A DNA stretch of 64,000 nucleotides from Octopus sinensis (taxonomy: Eukaryota): assembly GCF_006345805.1 (NCBI RefSeq), contig NC_043000.1:31372001-31436000 (forward strand), given 5' to 3'. The translations under genes were made by a program, and so were the position numbers. Positions 1-13,210 of this stretch are shown piece after piece (position 1 is the stretch's first letter; every line of letters starts with the position of its first letter). Below the pieces are notes generated by a model. That model was not told the DNA's origin. It did not search any database and was given only the letters and a program-made list of their open reading frames with translations.

Positions 1-520
1 ATGTCAATATTGATGAATGTTCTGGGAGACCTACAATGAGCAGAACTGAGAAAATCATCGAAGATGTGCGGGTAGCTGTGAGGGAAAAACCGGCGAATCA
101 TCCTCCGTGAGTTATCAGAGGATGTGCAGATTAGTTACGGTTTAGTTTAGTCCATTATCACTGAAGATTTGGGTATGAGACACATGCCTGCCAAATTTGT
201 TCAGTTGCACAAAATCTCATATATTGTGTTGAGAATGATGGAAACTTTCTGAAAACTTTGCGTAGGCCTCTTAGCACATATCACCAAGCTTTTGGAAAAA
301 ATCTCAGCTTAACTTTCTGTGTTATGTTCAATGTGATGATCATACACTACACATCTTCCTTCCAAGCACTGCTGTAAATAGCAGAAGTAAGCAAAATATT
401 AAAACTTAGTGCACATGCATGGCAGAGTTCAATGTCAATCTGTGCCAAGCAGCTTCACTCTCTGTAAACTAGCTTTGTTACTATGGCAACAGTCCAGATA
501 CTTACTGATCAGGCCTTGTA
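1..520 (+). mobile_element. Tc1/mariner transposon relic (transposase N-terminal/HTH fragment, internally deleted, probable 3' TIR)
   Basis: With one frameshift and a stop, manual translation gives DECSGRP...NRRIILRELSEDVQISYGLV*SIITEDLGMRHMPAKFV, then ENDGNFLK, which matches mariner transposase motifs. The DDE domain is missing. 491-518 reads as a mariner-like terminal repeat (reverse complement tacaaggcctgatcagtaagtatctggact) followed by TA. Confidence 0.8.
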
Positions 521-758
521 TATGTATATATAAATATATATATATATATAAATATATATATGTATGTATATATATATATATATAATAATAAATATTAGGG
601 AATAAATCCAAAATTACAGGGAAAAAATCAGATTTAGGATTAAATCCAATTTTATAGTAAAATATTATATAATATTAATTCGAGACAAAACCACTATTTT
701 GCAAATCAAACAAGGAAAGTCTTAATCAATACATAAAAAATTTTAATATAAAGTAAAT

Positions 759-812
759 AAATCGCCACTACAATTGTTTCATGTCTTCAAATGACATTCG
801 TCAGGTGGATTT
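759..812 (-). ncRNA. Type I minimal hammerhead ribozyme motif (mirror copy)
   Basis: Exact reverse complement of 873-926 in the left palindrome arm. Confidence 0.8.
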
Positions 813-872
813 CCGATCTTCTATTCAGTTTTAATTTATGAAGTCATAAATTAAAACTGAATAGAAGATCGG

Positions 873-926
873 AAATCCACCTGACGAATGTCATTTGAAG
901 ACATGAAACAATTGTAGTGGCGATTT
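873..926 (+). ncRNA. Type I minimal hammerhead ribozyme motif
   Basis: Stem I ccac/gtgg; core CTGACGA at 881-887; stem II atgtc/gacat; GAAA at 905-908; stem III ac-aatt-gt; predicted cleavage after GTA at 916. Confidence 0.8.
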
Positions 927-1020
927 ATTTACTTTATATTAAAATTTTTTATGTATTGATTAAGTCTTTCCTTGTTTGATTTGCAAAATAGTGGTTTTGT
1001 TTCGAATTAATATTATATAT

Positions 1021-1051
<31 letters not shown>

Positions 1052-1398
1052 TATATATATCTATATGAATGTGCATGTGCATACACACACACATGCGCAC
1101 ATATATATATGTACTTGTGCAAACACACATATATGCATATACATACATATGCACATCCACATATATTTCATGACATATCAAAGCCAGCATTGTATGTTGC
1201 AATACACTTTTGGATAAATATGTTATCACATGTATTTTAACTCTTTGAATATCATTCCATGCATGACCATCCTTTATTGAAATTTATCCAAACAAAAAAT
1301 CTCCCGGCTTACTTTTAAGCTAATTAAAAAAAAAAAATAATAATAATGAAATTATTGTATACAGTGCTCAGGTGCACCACAACGTCAAAAGTGCATAT

Positions 1399-1790
1399 AG
1401 GCATGTGGTAAGTAGCTTGCTAACCAACCACATGGTTCCGGGTTCAGTCCCACTGCATGGCATCTTGGGCAAGTGTCTTCTGCTATAGCCCCAGGCCGAC
1501 CAATGCCTTGTGAGTGGATTTGGTAGACGGAAACTGAAAGAAGCCTGTCGTATATATGTATATATATATATATATAAGTGTGTGTGTATATGTTTGTGTG
1601 TCTGTATTTGTCCCCCTTGCATTGCTTGACAACCTTAGCGGTTCGGCAAAAGAGACCGATAGAATAAGTACTGGGCTTACAAAGAATAAGTCCCGGGGTC
1701 GATATGCTCGACTGGAGGCGGTGCTCCAGCATGGCCACAGTCAAATGACTGAAACAAGTAAAAGAGTAAAAGAGTAAAGAGTATAAAGTA
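1399..1790 (+). mobile_element. tRNA-derived SINE, family A (CORE-like centre, internal TA/GT microsatellite)
   Basis: B-box-like ggttcagtccc; cttgggcaagtgtcttct core; tail ending gactgaaacaagtaaaagag. Homologous copies at 9100, 22525, 30041 and 48225. Confidence 0.85.
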
Positions 1791-3679
1791 CATGCAGTAA
1801 TGTACAAATGTCTGGAAAGCGAAGCGATTTGTACATTACTGCATATACTTTGGATGGTTATGCATGGAATGGCATTGAAAGAGTTAAAATACACATGATA
1901 ACATATGTACCAAACACCAGCTTAATTCATTATTTTAAAAATTTGATGCAAAAACACAGTGCACTTCCACAGAAATATGGTAACAAAAGGGTTAAAATGA
2001 ATTAAAACCTTCCATCAAAATGTCTTCTTGATTTATGTTAGAATCCCCCAATCACCTGTGGAATAATGACAAAGTTATTTAACGGAATTCTTTATTATTT
2101 TCAAAATTAATTCAAACAAAAAGCAGTTTATTTCAATACAAATAGAATAACAAAGGGTTAAAGTGATGAAAATTAATGCCTTCTTTCAAAATTTAATGTT
2201 AATTTATGTTCTGAACACTGGCTTGATAATGACCAATTCTTCATTATTAGAAATTAATTGAAGCAATAGGAGTGGATGTCAACAGAAATATGGTAACAAA
2301 AATATTAACAGGATTCTCCATGTTGGCTGTTTGTAAATATATTTTCTCATTCTCCGCTTCCATCCAGAGCCATTTATCATTGTCTTTCAGTTTTCATCTC
2401 ACTTCTTTTGACTTTCTCTTATCTCATTAAAGTTCCTCTTTCACTTGATTCTTTGACTCCAATTATTTTGCCATTCCTATCTCATCTATTTTCCTTATGT
2501 CTATACCACTATATTAATCTCAATCACAAGCCAAACCTTAAGCGGTCTTAACTCATTTCAGCACACCCACCTCTCTCTCTCTCTCTCTTTCTTTGTTTCT
2601 TTCTCCCCCTCTCTCTCTGTTTCTCTCTCTCACTTTCCCTCCTCCCTCAGTAAGTCGTTGTTACCTCATTTCAGATTTTCCCAAATCATTATCTGCAAGT
2701 GTCACACTGATTATTAATAGAAAGCAGCATCCAATTATTGGCCAAAATTTTGGCAGATGCTTTTAAACTTGCCAAACCTATGAAACATTAGTTCCTCTGT
2801 TTAAACGAAGCACACCTACTGATGTTCTCACCTGGTTAACAAAATATGTTATTTCAAAGGAAGCTCTCCACTCAAAGTGTTAGGTTGTAAATACAGAATG
2901 ACAAAGTAGCAATTCGCTAGTCTACAAGAATTTGCTAGCTAATTGAGATGCTGTACAATCTCACACCCTCTCTTTCTCTCTCCTTCCTCTCTCTTCTATG
3001 ATTTGGATAGACAGTATTCCTGTTTCTACACTAAGCAGAGCAGTTTAACCTTTTCTATCATTATTCCTTTCTCCTTTCACATATTACAGTCACCGGATTG
3101 TGGCCATGCTGGGGCACCAAACTTATTCTTTTTAGGATTGATACTTAATCTATCATCCTCTATTCCCAAACTGCTAAGTTATAGGGATGTGAACAAAGTA
3201 GCACTGGCTGTCATGGGGTTGGAAATGAACACACACACACACACATGTATGATTTAGTTATAAAGATTAAATAGAAACTGGGCGTGTTAACCCACATGAA
3301 GCCAGAAATGGTCTGGTATGGTAACATGGAGTTGATAGTAAGAATCATGTACTGGAAGGATACTGCAGGTAGATAAGAACCAAATCCAATTTAAACAATA
3401 AATCCAAATCTTGGGTTGGTTCCAGGTATGACACAAGTAAACAAAGAACACAAACAATGTTTAAAATTTATTACAGCTGCTTCAGTAGAAGATTGTTGAC
3501 GTAATCTATGAATACATCTGTAAGATTCCACAAAAACATCTTCAGTAAATTTATGACTTCATTTGTGTTCACTCTTATACAAGCTAAATAAAATTGTGGC
3601 CATCCACCCATACATGGCTATGTCCTCTACACCATTCTCTCAGCTGAGAGGTCCTTCTCTTGAGGGCTCACAGTTACTG

Positions 3680-3960
3680 GTGTCATATAAAAAACACTCA
3701 TGTCAACGCCATCCTACCAATTCCATGCAAAAGTGCCCCTGCCAGTGTCAGGTAAAAGTGTCTGTGCTCATGTCAGGTAAAAACTACCCAGTCCACCCTG
3801 TGAAGTGATTGGTGTTAGGAAGGTATCCAGCTGTAGAAGCCATTTCAAGATAGACAAATTGGAATCTAGGTAAATTCCCATCTGGCCAGCTCCTATGAAA
3901 CTGACCAACCCATGCAGTATGGAAAGCAGACATTGAACGATGATGATGATGACGATGATA
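3680..3960 (+). mobile_element. Degenerate SINE, family D (V-domain-like) with (GAT)n tail
   Basis: Similar to 17512-17800 (ggtgttaggaaggtatccagctgtagaa ... tgatgatgat). Confidence 0.6.
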
Positions 3961-6000
3961 GATATATGTAACAGGCTTCCACACAATTTCCATTCATGAG
4001 ATTCACTCACAAGGCATTGGTCAGCCTAGGCCTATTGTAAAAGACACTTTCCCAAAGTGCTGTACAGTAGGACAGAACTTGAAACTACATGGTTGAGAAA
4101 CAAACTCCTTAAGCACACAGCCCCACCTGCACCTCACTGTCCACTTAAATTTATAGAATCCATTTCATTTATTCTTTCTTCAAATAGTTTCCCTAAAATA
4201 TTTATTGTGAAAGAAATATTCTATAGACTTAAATTCAAGGACAACATGTCTTGAAGGCAGGCAAACCATGTTGTGATTCCAATGGACCAAAAGGATTGTC
4301 TCTTTAAACATTTCTGGCATTCAAGGTATCTTACAGAACACTTCTGACTGGTAAATCAATAAAGTCCATGAAACAGGGGGAGATGACATTTTCTGTTTGT
4401 AACTGTAGCACTGGGGAAGATTTCACAGGCAAGTTGTTTAACCCCAAATCAGCATTCATTGAGGAAAGTTTGAACTAAAAGCTTTCCAATCTTTTCAAGA
4501 ACATTTAAAACTTTCTTATATGAGAGAGCTTCTAAAGGAGTTTTCTGCCAGCTAGAAACTGCAGTGAGATCTCCATTGCTAAGTTTCTGACATTTAGAGA
4601 AAAAAGATGAGACAGTCATGGCTGAAATGTCTTTTGATCAAAGCAGACCCGACCTGGTGTTAGGCAACAAGGATTACTTTAGAATCCCCTTAATTACCAC
4701 CACCACCACCACCACTACTTGCTGTTCTTAAAAACTGAGCTCAGTATATTGGCAGCTCCTAGTTCTTTTCATATTTGTTGTAGATGAAGGAACTGTAATG
4801 TTTAACAGGTTTTCACAGAAGAAAGATCTGGTTGATGTTTAACTTAGAAAGTGTACAACTATGTTAAGATGAGGTGGGGCCCATGGGGCAGAGGGCAATG
4901 GTGCTTAAACATCACGAACCCCATTCTTCTTTCTCATTAGTAATTATTGTCAAAATATTTATACAAACATTTATTGATTGGTTTCATTCTATCATGTCTT
5001 TAAACTTATTTTGTAATTTCTATTTGGCTGGTAATTAAAACCTGTAATTATTGTCATGTTTATCATGTTCTCCTGTCCCACCTCTCACTTCATATCTTTC
5101 TGCATATTAGAGATTCCAGTTTTAATGTTATTGCAACATTTATCTTGTCTGTTCTTCAATTGATTTGCTGTGTTTAGCAACATCTCTCGGAAATCACTTC
5201 CAGTTGGTAATGGATCCTCTTCCAGAAGCACTGTTGTCTTGTTAGCTTGTGGCATCACTTTCTCAACTAATCTATATGAAAGGCCTCTTCGCCATAGCTG
5301 ATGGAATTTCAAAATACCATCTTTGTTGACGATGATCCTTCATATTGTTATCTTATACACAACGTGTATCATATATCATATCTTCCTTCATTCTTTGGTA
5401 AACAAGGAATATTATGACCGTCGCTGTGTTTGAACTGTCGACCTTCAGTTTTACAATCCAACGTTATCTCTTCAACCACTGTACCTAGGATTAATATTTA
5501 CTGATGGAAAAGTGAATCACAAACGACATTAAACCCACTAAATGTAATTACTTTCGACCCCTGCCAGCTTCAATAACCAACTTTTCCCACAATGTGCCAC
5601 TTGTATGTTGATTTCCAACATTGGCACAGGGTCAGGCATTTTTAGTAGAGCGGGGGTGGGAATGTGTTGTCGATTAAATCAACGCAGCACTTAACCAGCG
5701 CTTTGTTTTATCGATCAGGGATGGCGAACAAAGATCATTTTGGTAAGGTTTGAAGTTCAGAACATAAACAGCTGCAACGAAATACCCCAAGACATTTCCA
5801 CTGATGCTTTACCAATTCTTTCAATCCATTATGCTTGCAACACTGACATATTAACACGAAACATGTATATCACATATTAATATATTATCGTACTGCAGGC
5901 ATTACATATTGCATATTGCATAAATTTGGCACACATTAAACAGACGAACATTAAACTGGTTGAGAATACATCACAAGACTAAAGGCAGCTGGGTTTCTTC

Positions 6001-6579
6001 ACATACATACATACATACATACATACATACATACATACATCATACATACATACATACATACATACATACATACATACATACATACATACACACATACATA
6101 CATACATAAGTACGTACGTACGTACACACACACACACACACACATACATACGCACGTACGTATACATACATACATACATACATAAGTACGTACGTACGTA
6201 CATACAAACACATACATACCTACATACGTACGTATACATACATACACACATACATATATACATACACACATACATACATACATACATACATACATACATA
6301 CATACATACGTACGTACGTACATACATACATACATACATACATACATACATACATACAAACACACATACATGCATACATACACACACATACATACATACA
6401 CATACATACATAACATACATACATACATACATACATATACATACATACGTACATACAAACACACATACATGCATGCATGCATACATAAATGCATGCATAC
6501 ACACACACACACACATACATACATACATACAAACATACATACATACATACATACATACATACATACATACATACATACA

Positions 6580-6610
<31 letters not shown>

Positions 6611-6612
6611 GT
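6001..6612. repeat. Long compound (CATA)n/(CA)n/(CGTA)n microsatellite
   Basis: Directly visible. It accounts for the MYVC/HTYI ORFs. Confidence 0.97.
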
Positions 6613-6971
6613 ACGTATGTACGTGTTGTTTTTCGTGTTTTATTGAATCTCTTCTTAACACAGTTGAAGCCGCTAACAACGTGACCAGACATTTTAAATT
6701 AAGAGAATTCTCGGTGTTTGTGAATATGTGGTTGAGTGGTTGTATTGTTGGAGATGTCAATGCACACGCACGATTGTGTTCATTTATTCGCTTAAAGAGT
6801 CTCAGTCGCAGAACTTTCGGAATGTTTCAGAAATCTTCCCGCTGCCTCTAATACATCGGATTTGGTGATTCCGCACAAAGGTTCTTTTGCTCTATCTTCG
6901 AAATTCCTAGCATTTCTCGGTTTTTGTGTGAATATGTAGAAGCCTAATGCACATGTGATGACAGGTACAAA

Positions 6972-7057
<86 letters not shown>

Positions 7058-7169
7058 AGTGAGTGTGTGTATGCACACATGCGTGTGTGTAAAATATTTG
7101 TGAGAAATCTACACACTAAGCTAATGGGTTTTCTTATCTAGAAATCAAAAAGCTAGTGGAAAAACTGAA

Positions 7170-7920
7170 GCTAGATGGCTGGGCACCTTCAACCTTTTCA
7201 ATATAAGTTGTGCTTATAAATAAGGGGGTTTCTGTTAAGGTTGAATGCATAAAAGAAAAACACTGACAGTACACAAGAAAAGGAACAATTTGTAGAAACC
7301 TAGAAATGAAACTGGAAGTAATACAGCGAAGGAATTCTTTAATATAATGGATTACCATTTTCCAACGGGAGATTAAAAAAAGAGATATAATAAAAGATAT
7401 TAAAAAAGATATATAATAAACTAGTGAGTAGGCAGTGTGTAAAGGTTTATTCGGCTTGTAAGAATTTCGGTTTTTATATCAGAAGTTACAATGCTGCAAA
7501 GTAGAACGAAAACGATTGAGAAACAGTTGGCCAGCGTTGATCATACTAACTCAGAATTCATGCTAATTACCTATGGATGGTAACTGTTTATAAAGTAAAA
7601 ACAAACAACAAAGATGAACCTGAAATATATATTGAAGCAATTAAATTGATGTTAAAAAATCGATTTTATAAGCACAAGCATTTATTTGTCAACCACGATG
7701 AAAGAAAATTGCGCTGGAATTTTGTGTAGCTCCTACGCGAGGCAAGTGCTCACAAATACAAAATTACTTGGTTGATAGTGGTTAAGGCATAAACATACCA
7801 GAATTGACACTTGAAATCAAAAATGCAACTGCGAGCTTTGTTTGAGCGAAAATTTAAGAATTTTGTTTAAAGACTATAACAATTTCAACAAAAAAGCGGA
7901 GTTGTTAGTTTGCAACAATC
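7170..7920 (+). mobile_element. Degenerate Penelope-like element, linker plus GIY-YIG endonuclease relic
   Basis: Collinear motifs in shifting frames: VKVYSACKNF (7439), LPMDGNCL (about 7565), IYIEAIKLMLKNRFYKHKHLF (about 7626), CNCELCLSE (7824), NKKAELLVC (about 7887). These match the C-terminal-EN PLE pattern KVSYSC / CPLxGxC / YIG..FK.RY..H / CNLCLxEK / NKRxE..xCxH. Confidence 0.7.
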
Positions 7921-8288
7921 AGCTTCCTTAACATTCGATCTCGCTCGGCGAGTAAAAGAGTTGGTTTCGAATTCTTTTTTCCAAAATTGCTTTTTAAAAT
8001 GTTGTTCAAACAACCACGCAATTTCATAAGAACACGTTTTAGAGTGATCTCCTTTGTACGAGGTTTAAGAGCCTGTAGTATTCCAGCGAGAGGCAGTAAC
8101 GAAATATAAAAAACAACATGTGGCTGAAACAGCTGTTTTTGCACATGTAGCTCGCACGATTTTTTTGTTTTTAAGATAAGCGTTTTCTTGATAACTTCTG
8201 TATAATATTTACGGAGATGTACTTGCATAGCGAGTGACTCGATCTGAGATCGTGTGCTGGAACGAAAACAAGTGCAGCGTGGAAGGTG

Positions 8289-8483
8289 TTTATAAGCCAT
8301 TTAAGAAACACACAAAAACCGTTAGTTTCACTTCAACATTTAATTTTAATTTGTCAAAATATTTTCGTCGCTTTGAGACCGCGACCTGTTCACTGTTCAA
8401 GTGACGAAAATATTTTGACAAATTAAATTTAAATGTTGAAGTGAATCTAACGGTTTTTGTGTGTTTCTTAAATGGCTTATAAA
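8289..8483. repeat. Inverted repeat (85-bp arms, 25-nt spacer) of a PLE-like terminal fragment
   Basis: 8289-8373 pairs with 8399-8483 with few mismatches. Confidence 0.9.
8351..8395 (-). ncRNA. Hammerhead-like motif with G3:C8-swapped core (stem I truncated)
   Basis: Minus strand: GTGAACA, extra g, stem II gtcgc/gcgac, GAAA, palindromic aaaatatttt stem III. Only 2 bp of stem I remain before the inversion junction. Confidence 0.5.
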
Positions 8484-9099
8484 TGGCTTATAAACGCTGC
8501 AATTGTTTTCTGTATAATATTTCAAAATATATTCAAGCAACGTCTAATTCAATGCAAAAACAGACTCGGAAATTGTGAGCCTTTCAGTTATGATGTATCG
8601 AAAATACTCTAAATTTAAGTTTGGCACAAATCCAGCAATTTCATAGGTGGGGGGGGGGGATAAGTCGATTATATCGACATCAGTATTCAACTGCTACTTA
8701 TTCTAGCGACCTCGAAAAGACGAAAGGCAAAGTGGGCCTCAGTGGAATTTTGAACTCAGAATGTAAAGACGTACGAAATACCGTTGAGCATTATTGCCTG
8801 GCGTGCTAACGGTTATAGGTCACAATATTTAGATATAGAAGTCGACTTTGCTTTTCATCCTTTCGCGATAGATAAAATAAGTACCAGTTGCATACTGGGT
8901 TCAATGTAATGGACTTATCCCCTTCCCCAAACGTGCTGGCCTTGTGCTAGAATTTGAAAGCAATATTGAAATGTAGAGAAGGGCTGTGAGTTTCCAGAAA
9001 GGTTTGCACGTTGGACGAAATACTTAGCGACACTTGGCCCGTCTTTAAGTTCTCAGTTCGAATTCCACCGAGGTCGGTTTTGCTTTTCATCGTTTATAA

Positions 9100-9242
9100 A
9101 CGAGCTTGTTTCCCAACCATATTATTCTGAGTTCTGTCCCACTGCGTGGCAACTTGGGTAATTGTCTTCTACTATAGACTCGGACTGACCAAAGCTTTGT
9201 GAATGGATTTGGTAGACGGAAACTGAAATAAGCCCGTCGTGT

Positions 9243-9304
<62 letters not shown>

Positions 9305-9506
9305 TGTGTGTCTGTGTTTGTCCTACCACCATCGCTTGGCAATCGATGTTGGTGTGTTCACGTCCTCGTAACTTAGCGGTCCGGCAAAAGGGAACGATAG
9401 GATAAGTACTAGGCTTACAAAGAATAAATCCTGGGGTCGATTTGTTTGACTAAAGGTGGTGCTCCAGCATGGTCGCAGTCAAGTGACTGAAACAAGTAAA
9501 AGAGTA
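9100..9506 (+). mobile_element. SINE family A copy
   Basis: Homologous to 30041-30441. Confidence 0.8.
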
Positions 9507-9519
9507 TACACACACTCAT

Positions 9520-10002
<483 letters not shown>

Positions 10003-11261
10003 TGTATGCATTTATTTGTCTCTTTCCATGCAGGCATGGGTTGGACGGATGGCTTAGGGTTGGTGCCAGTTTATTCATTGACGAACCGCCTTGTTTGATG
10101 GTTCAGAGCCTCATTTTTTGACATTGTCTTTTTATAACTGGATGCCCTTCCAAAGAACAACCATTTTAAAGTGTGCATTGTTTTTTTACAAATATTTTAT
10201 ATTATGATATCCAAAATTAAGAACTTGTCATTTCTCAACAATACTAAAAAGTGGTCTCCATTACTTTATGGAGTGAGGGTTAGGGTTAGGATTAGGGTTA
10301 GGATCTCACTGGGGGCGATATGATCGACAAATTTCCTCCTCAAATGAAAATGCTGGTTTTGTGCCGTTATTCGAAACCGTTTATTATTATTATTGTTGTT
10401 GTTGTTATTATGAAGAGGGTGTTGTATTGGCTGAAAGCTTTGAGCGACGGAGAAATATATCTTGTGGTATTCTGGTTGCTTATGCTTCGAGTTCAAACCA
10501 CGCTGAGATCATCTATGCCTTTCGTTCAAACTAGTCGAAGCTGTGGCGTCGATTAAGCTCCCACCGTTTTGTTCTTGATCAATGCATTGGCTGAATGTTT
10601 TAGGGCGTGAGACGAAATTTCATTGCTGTACTTAGTTACGCTTCATTATGTTCTGAATTCAAATCCTGCTGAGATGAATTTTATTTTCTATCGTCACGTG
10701 AGTTGGAGAACGATAAAATTATTTTTATGTCAAGTAATGAGATTGATTTCATTGATTGATCTCACCCTGCACATACACACACACACACACAAACACACAC
10801 ATACATACACATACATACACACACACACACATATAGATATAAATATACAATGTCAGTAATATTTGAAGGAGAAACGATAATTTTAATAATATAAACAGCT
10901 GTTCACTTTATTTCAATAAAGTTGAAGTAAGGTTAGCGCTTTTTATAAAACAAGAAATGGAAAATTGACGAAAACAAAGTGACAGAGAAAGCAAAAGCAA
11001 AAATATTTAAGAGCAATAAAAATCTAAAACAAAGCAAACACACACACACGCATACACTGAAACACAGACAGACAGACAGACACAAACACACACTTACGTA
11101 CAACACAATAGCATTGCGTTCAACCTTCTAAATTTGGAATATCTCTTTCAGTATCAACACATTCAGAAGTGGAATTAATTTAAACCGAAATGTTCTTTCA
11201 TTTAAATTATCCCTTTAAATAGAATGGTAATTGCTTCTATTTATTACTTTAAATAGAACGA

Positions 11262-11475
11262 TCATCATCACCGTCATCAGCCTCCTCTTCCTCCTCCTCC
11301 TCCTCCTCCTCCTCTTCATCATCATCATCATCATCATCATCACCGTCATCATCATTGTCGTCATCATATTCGTCGTCGTCATCACCATCATCATTCATCT
11401 TCTTCTTCTTCTTCTCTTCTTCTTCTTCTTCTTCTTCTTCTTCTCTTCTTCTTCTTCTCATCATCATCATCATCA

Positions 11476-11513
<38 letters not shown>

Positions 11514-11526
11514 GCTGTTGTTGTTA
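11262..11526. repeat. Compound triplet microsatellite (TCA/TCC/TCG/TCT/TTA/TTG)
   Basis: Directly visible. Confidence 0.95.
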
Positions 11527-11812
11527 TTAGTGTTTTATTCTTCAGTCAGTCTTTTATCTTTTTTTTTTGTTGTTTCATCCCTTTTTTATGTCTTATCCAA
11601 CAATCTTCAAACTTTTCTATCAACGAGAAAATAAACTTACGCTCTTCCAGTGCAAAAAAAACAAAACAAACAAACACAAACAAAAAAAAAGACAGTTTCA
11701 TTTTTCTTTTCTAGTTTGAAAGGCTGGCTCCACATCAAGGAATGAAACGGATGTACATACGTACATACAAACATATGTACATACATACATACATACATAC
11801 AAACATACATAC

Positions 11813-11858
<46 letters not shown>

Positions 11859-12573
11859 GGAAACATAGATACATATATGCATACATACATAGGTACAAAC
11901 ATATATATGTATGTGTATATGTATGCATGTGTGTATGCATATAAATATATGCATATTTATATATTCATACTCACACGTACACACAGCAACACGCACACAC
12001 ATACACACATATGCATATAAATGCAGAGAGTGGGGGAGGGGAGAGGGAGAAAGGCAAGGAAGGAGGGAGGGAGGGGTAGAGAGAGACCAGTCGGACATTT
12101 TGGTCTTGAATTTGCATTTGTCATACAATTTTGTCATTTCAGAATTCAGAAATTCAGAAATTTTAATATCTTTGATCAAATTTTACTCCTCTATAATGGC
12201 TATACATTGCGTATCTCTATGCAAGGTATACTTGTATATATGTAAGTGTGTGTGTATGTATATGTAACAGTTTATATATTATATATATCTTTGAAGTTTA
12301 TACATGATGTTTATGTGTTTATATACGTGTGTATATGTATGAGTTTATATATATATTTATGAATGAGTTTAAAGATATATATGAGTGTATGTGTGTGTGT
12401 TGCGATTTAAGATTTCGCCAGTTATTCTGCTTGTTATGAGCGGTCTAAGATTTTCAGTCCATCCGTTGATTTTGTTTATGGCAGACATAAAACTCTGACA
12501 TTTGATATTGAAGACAATGAATATATACATGCATGAATACAAACATACATACATACATACATACATACATACA

Positions 12574-12604
<31 letters not shown>

Positions 12605-12739
12605 CCCTTCGGCAGCATCTTTTAACCACCAAGTGTCGACGTGCATCCCTTGACCAAGCTTGCATGCATGAGGCTGATAACATCATAAGACTTGGACGGC
12701 AGCTCCTTGAGCAACACTCTTTGTAGCCTAGAATACATA

Positions 12740-13210
12740 CTTACTTACTTACTTGTACTTGTGGCGACATTCACCATGGGCGGGTTGAGTCGGCTTCTTC
12801 TACCACCCTCGAGGCATCTCGAACCATGGCAGCCCACGCACGACGGTCCTGCGCCAGTTCATTGGAGATAGCGAGCCAGTCACGGTTCCATCGGCACAGG
12901 CCGACCACCTGCGAACCCGTGAGCACGGAGAGGTCCTCCTTGATCGTCGTAGCCCAGGTCTTGAGCTGCCCGCCAGCGCTTTTCCGCTAGTTGGGAAGTG
13001 GAGTTGGGAGAAGGACATCACGGCTCAGTTCGCCCACCGGACGCCTACATGCATGGCCAAACCACCGCAAGCGCCGTTGCAGAAGGACAGATGGAAGGGG
13101 CCGTAGAGATAGGCGAAGTCGGAGATTGGCGGTGGGGACACGATCCACCCGACGGCAACGAAGAATGCACCGGAGGCAGTCATTGTCGAAGTCTTCCAGC
13201 CTTCGTTGAA
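12740..13210 (-). mobile_element. RTE-clade LINE 3' fragment with (TAAG)n-like tail
   Basis: QRRLEDFDNDCLRCILRCRRVDRVP...LRWFGHACRRPVGEL...GGQLKTWATTIKEDL...LAQDRRAWAAMVRD. Tail caagtaagtaagtaag on the minus strand at about 12740-12757. Confidence 0.85.

Larger units (their letters stand above)
666..1019. repeat. Near-perfect palindrome (about 176-bp arms, 2-nt spacer) of a PLE-like terminal fragment in (TA)n
   Basis: 666-841 is the reverse complement of 844-1019 with 2 mismatches. It is flanked by (TA)n. Confidence 0.95.

Noticed and set aside
1880-2310. Degenerate repeats ending aaagggttaa as a distinct novel element
   Set aside because: Too diverged to define units or ends by eye. Probably an old MITE or minisatellite.
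5085-5335. Non-repetitive minus-strand frame (RIIVNKDGILKFHQLWRRG...) as a host exon
   Set aside because: No recognisable domain, an in-frame stop immediately upstream, and a purine-rich, poor splice acceptor. An open frame of about 80 codons is expected by chance in 64 kb.
10276-10302. True telomere or chromosome-fusion site
   Set aside because: Only about 4 imperfect TTAGGG units within repeat-like sequence.
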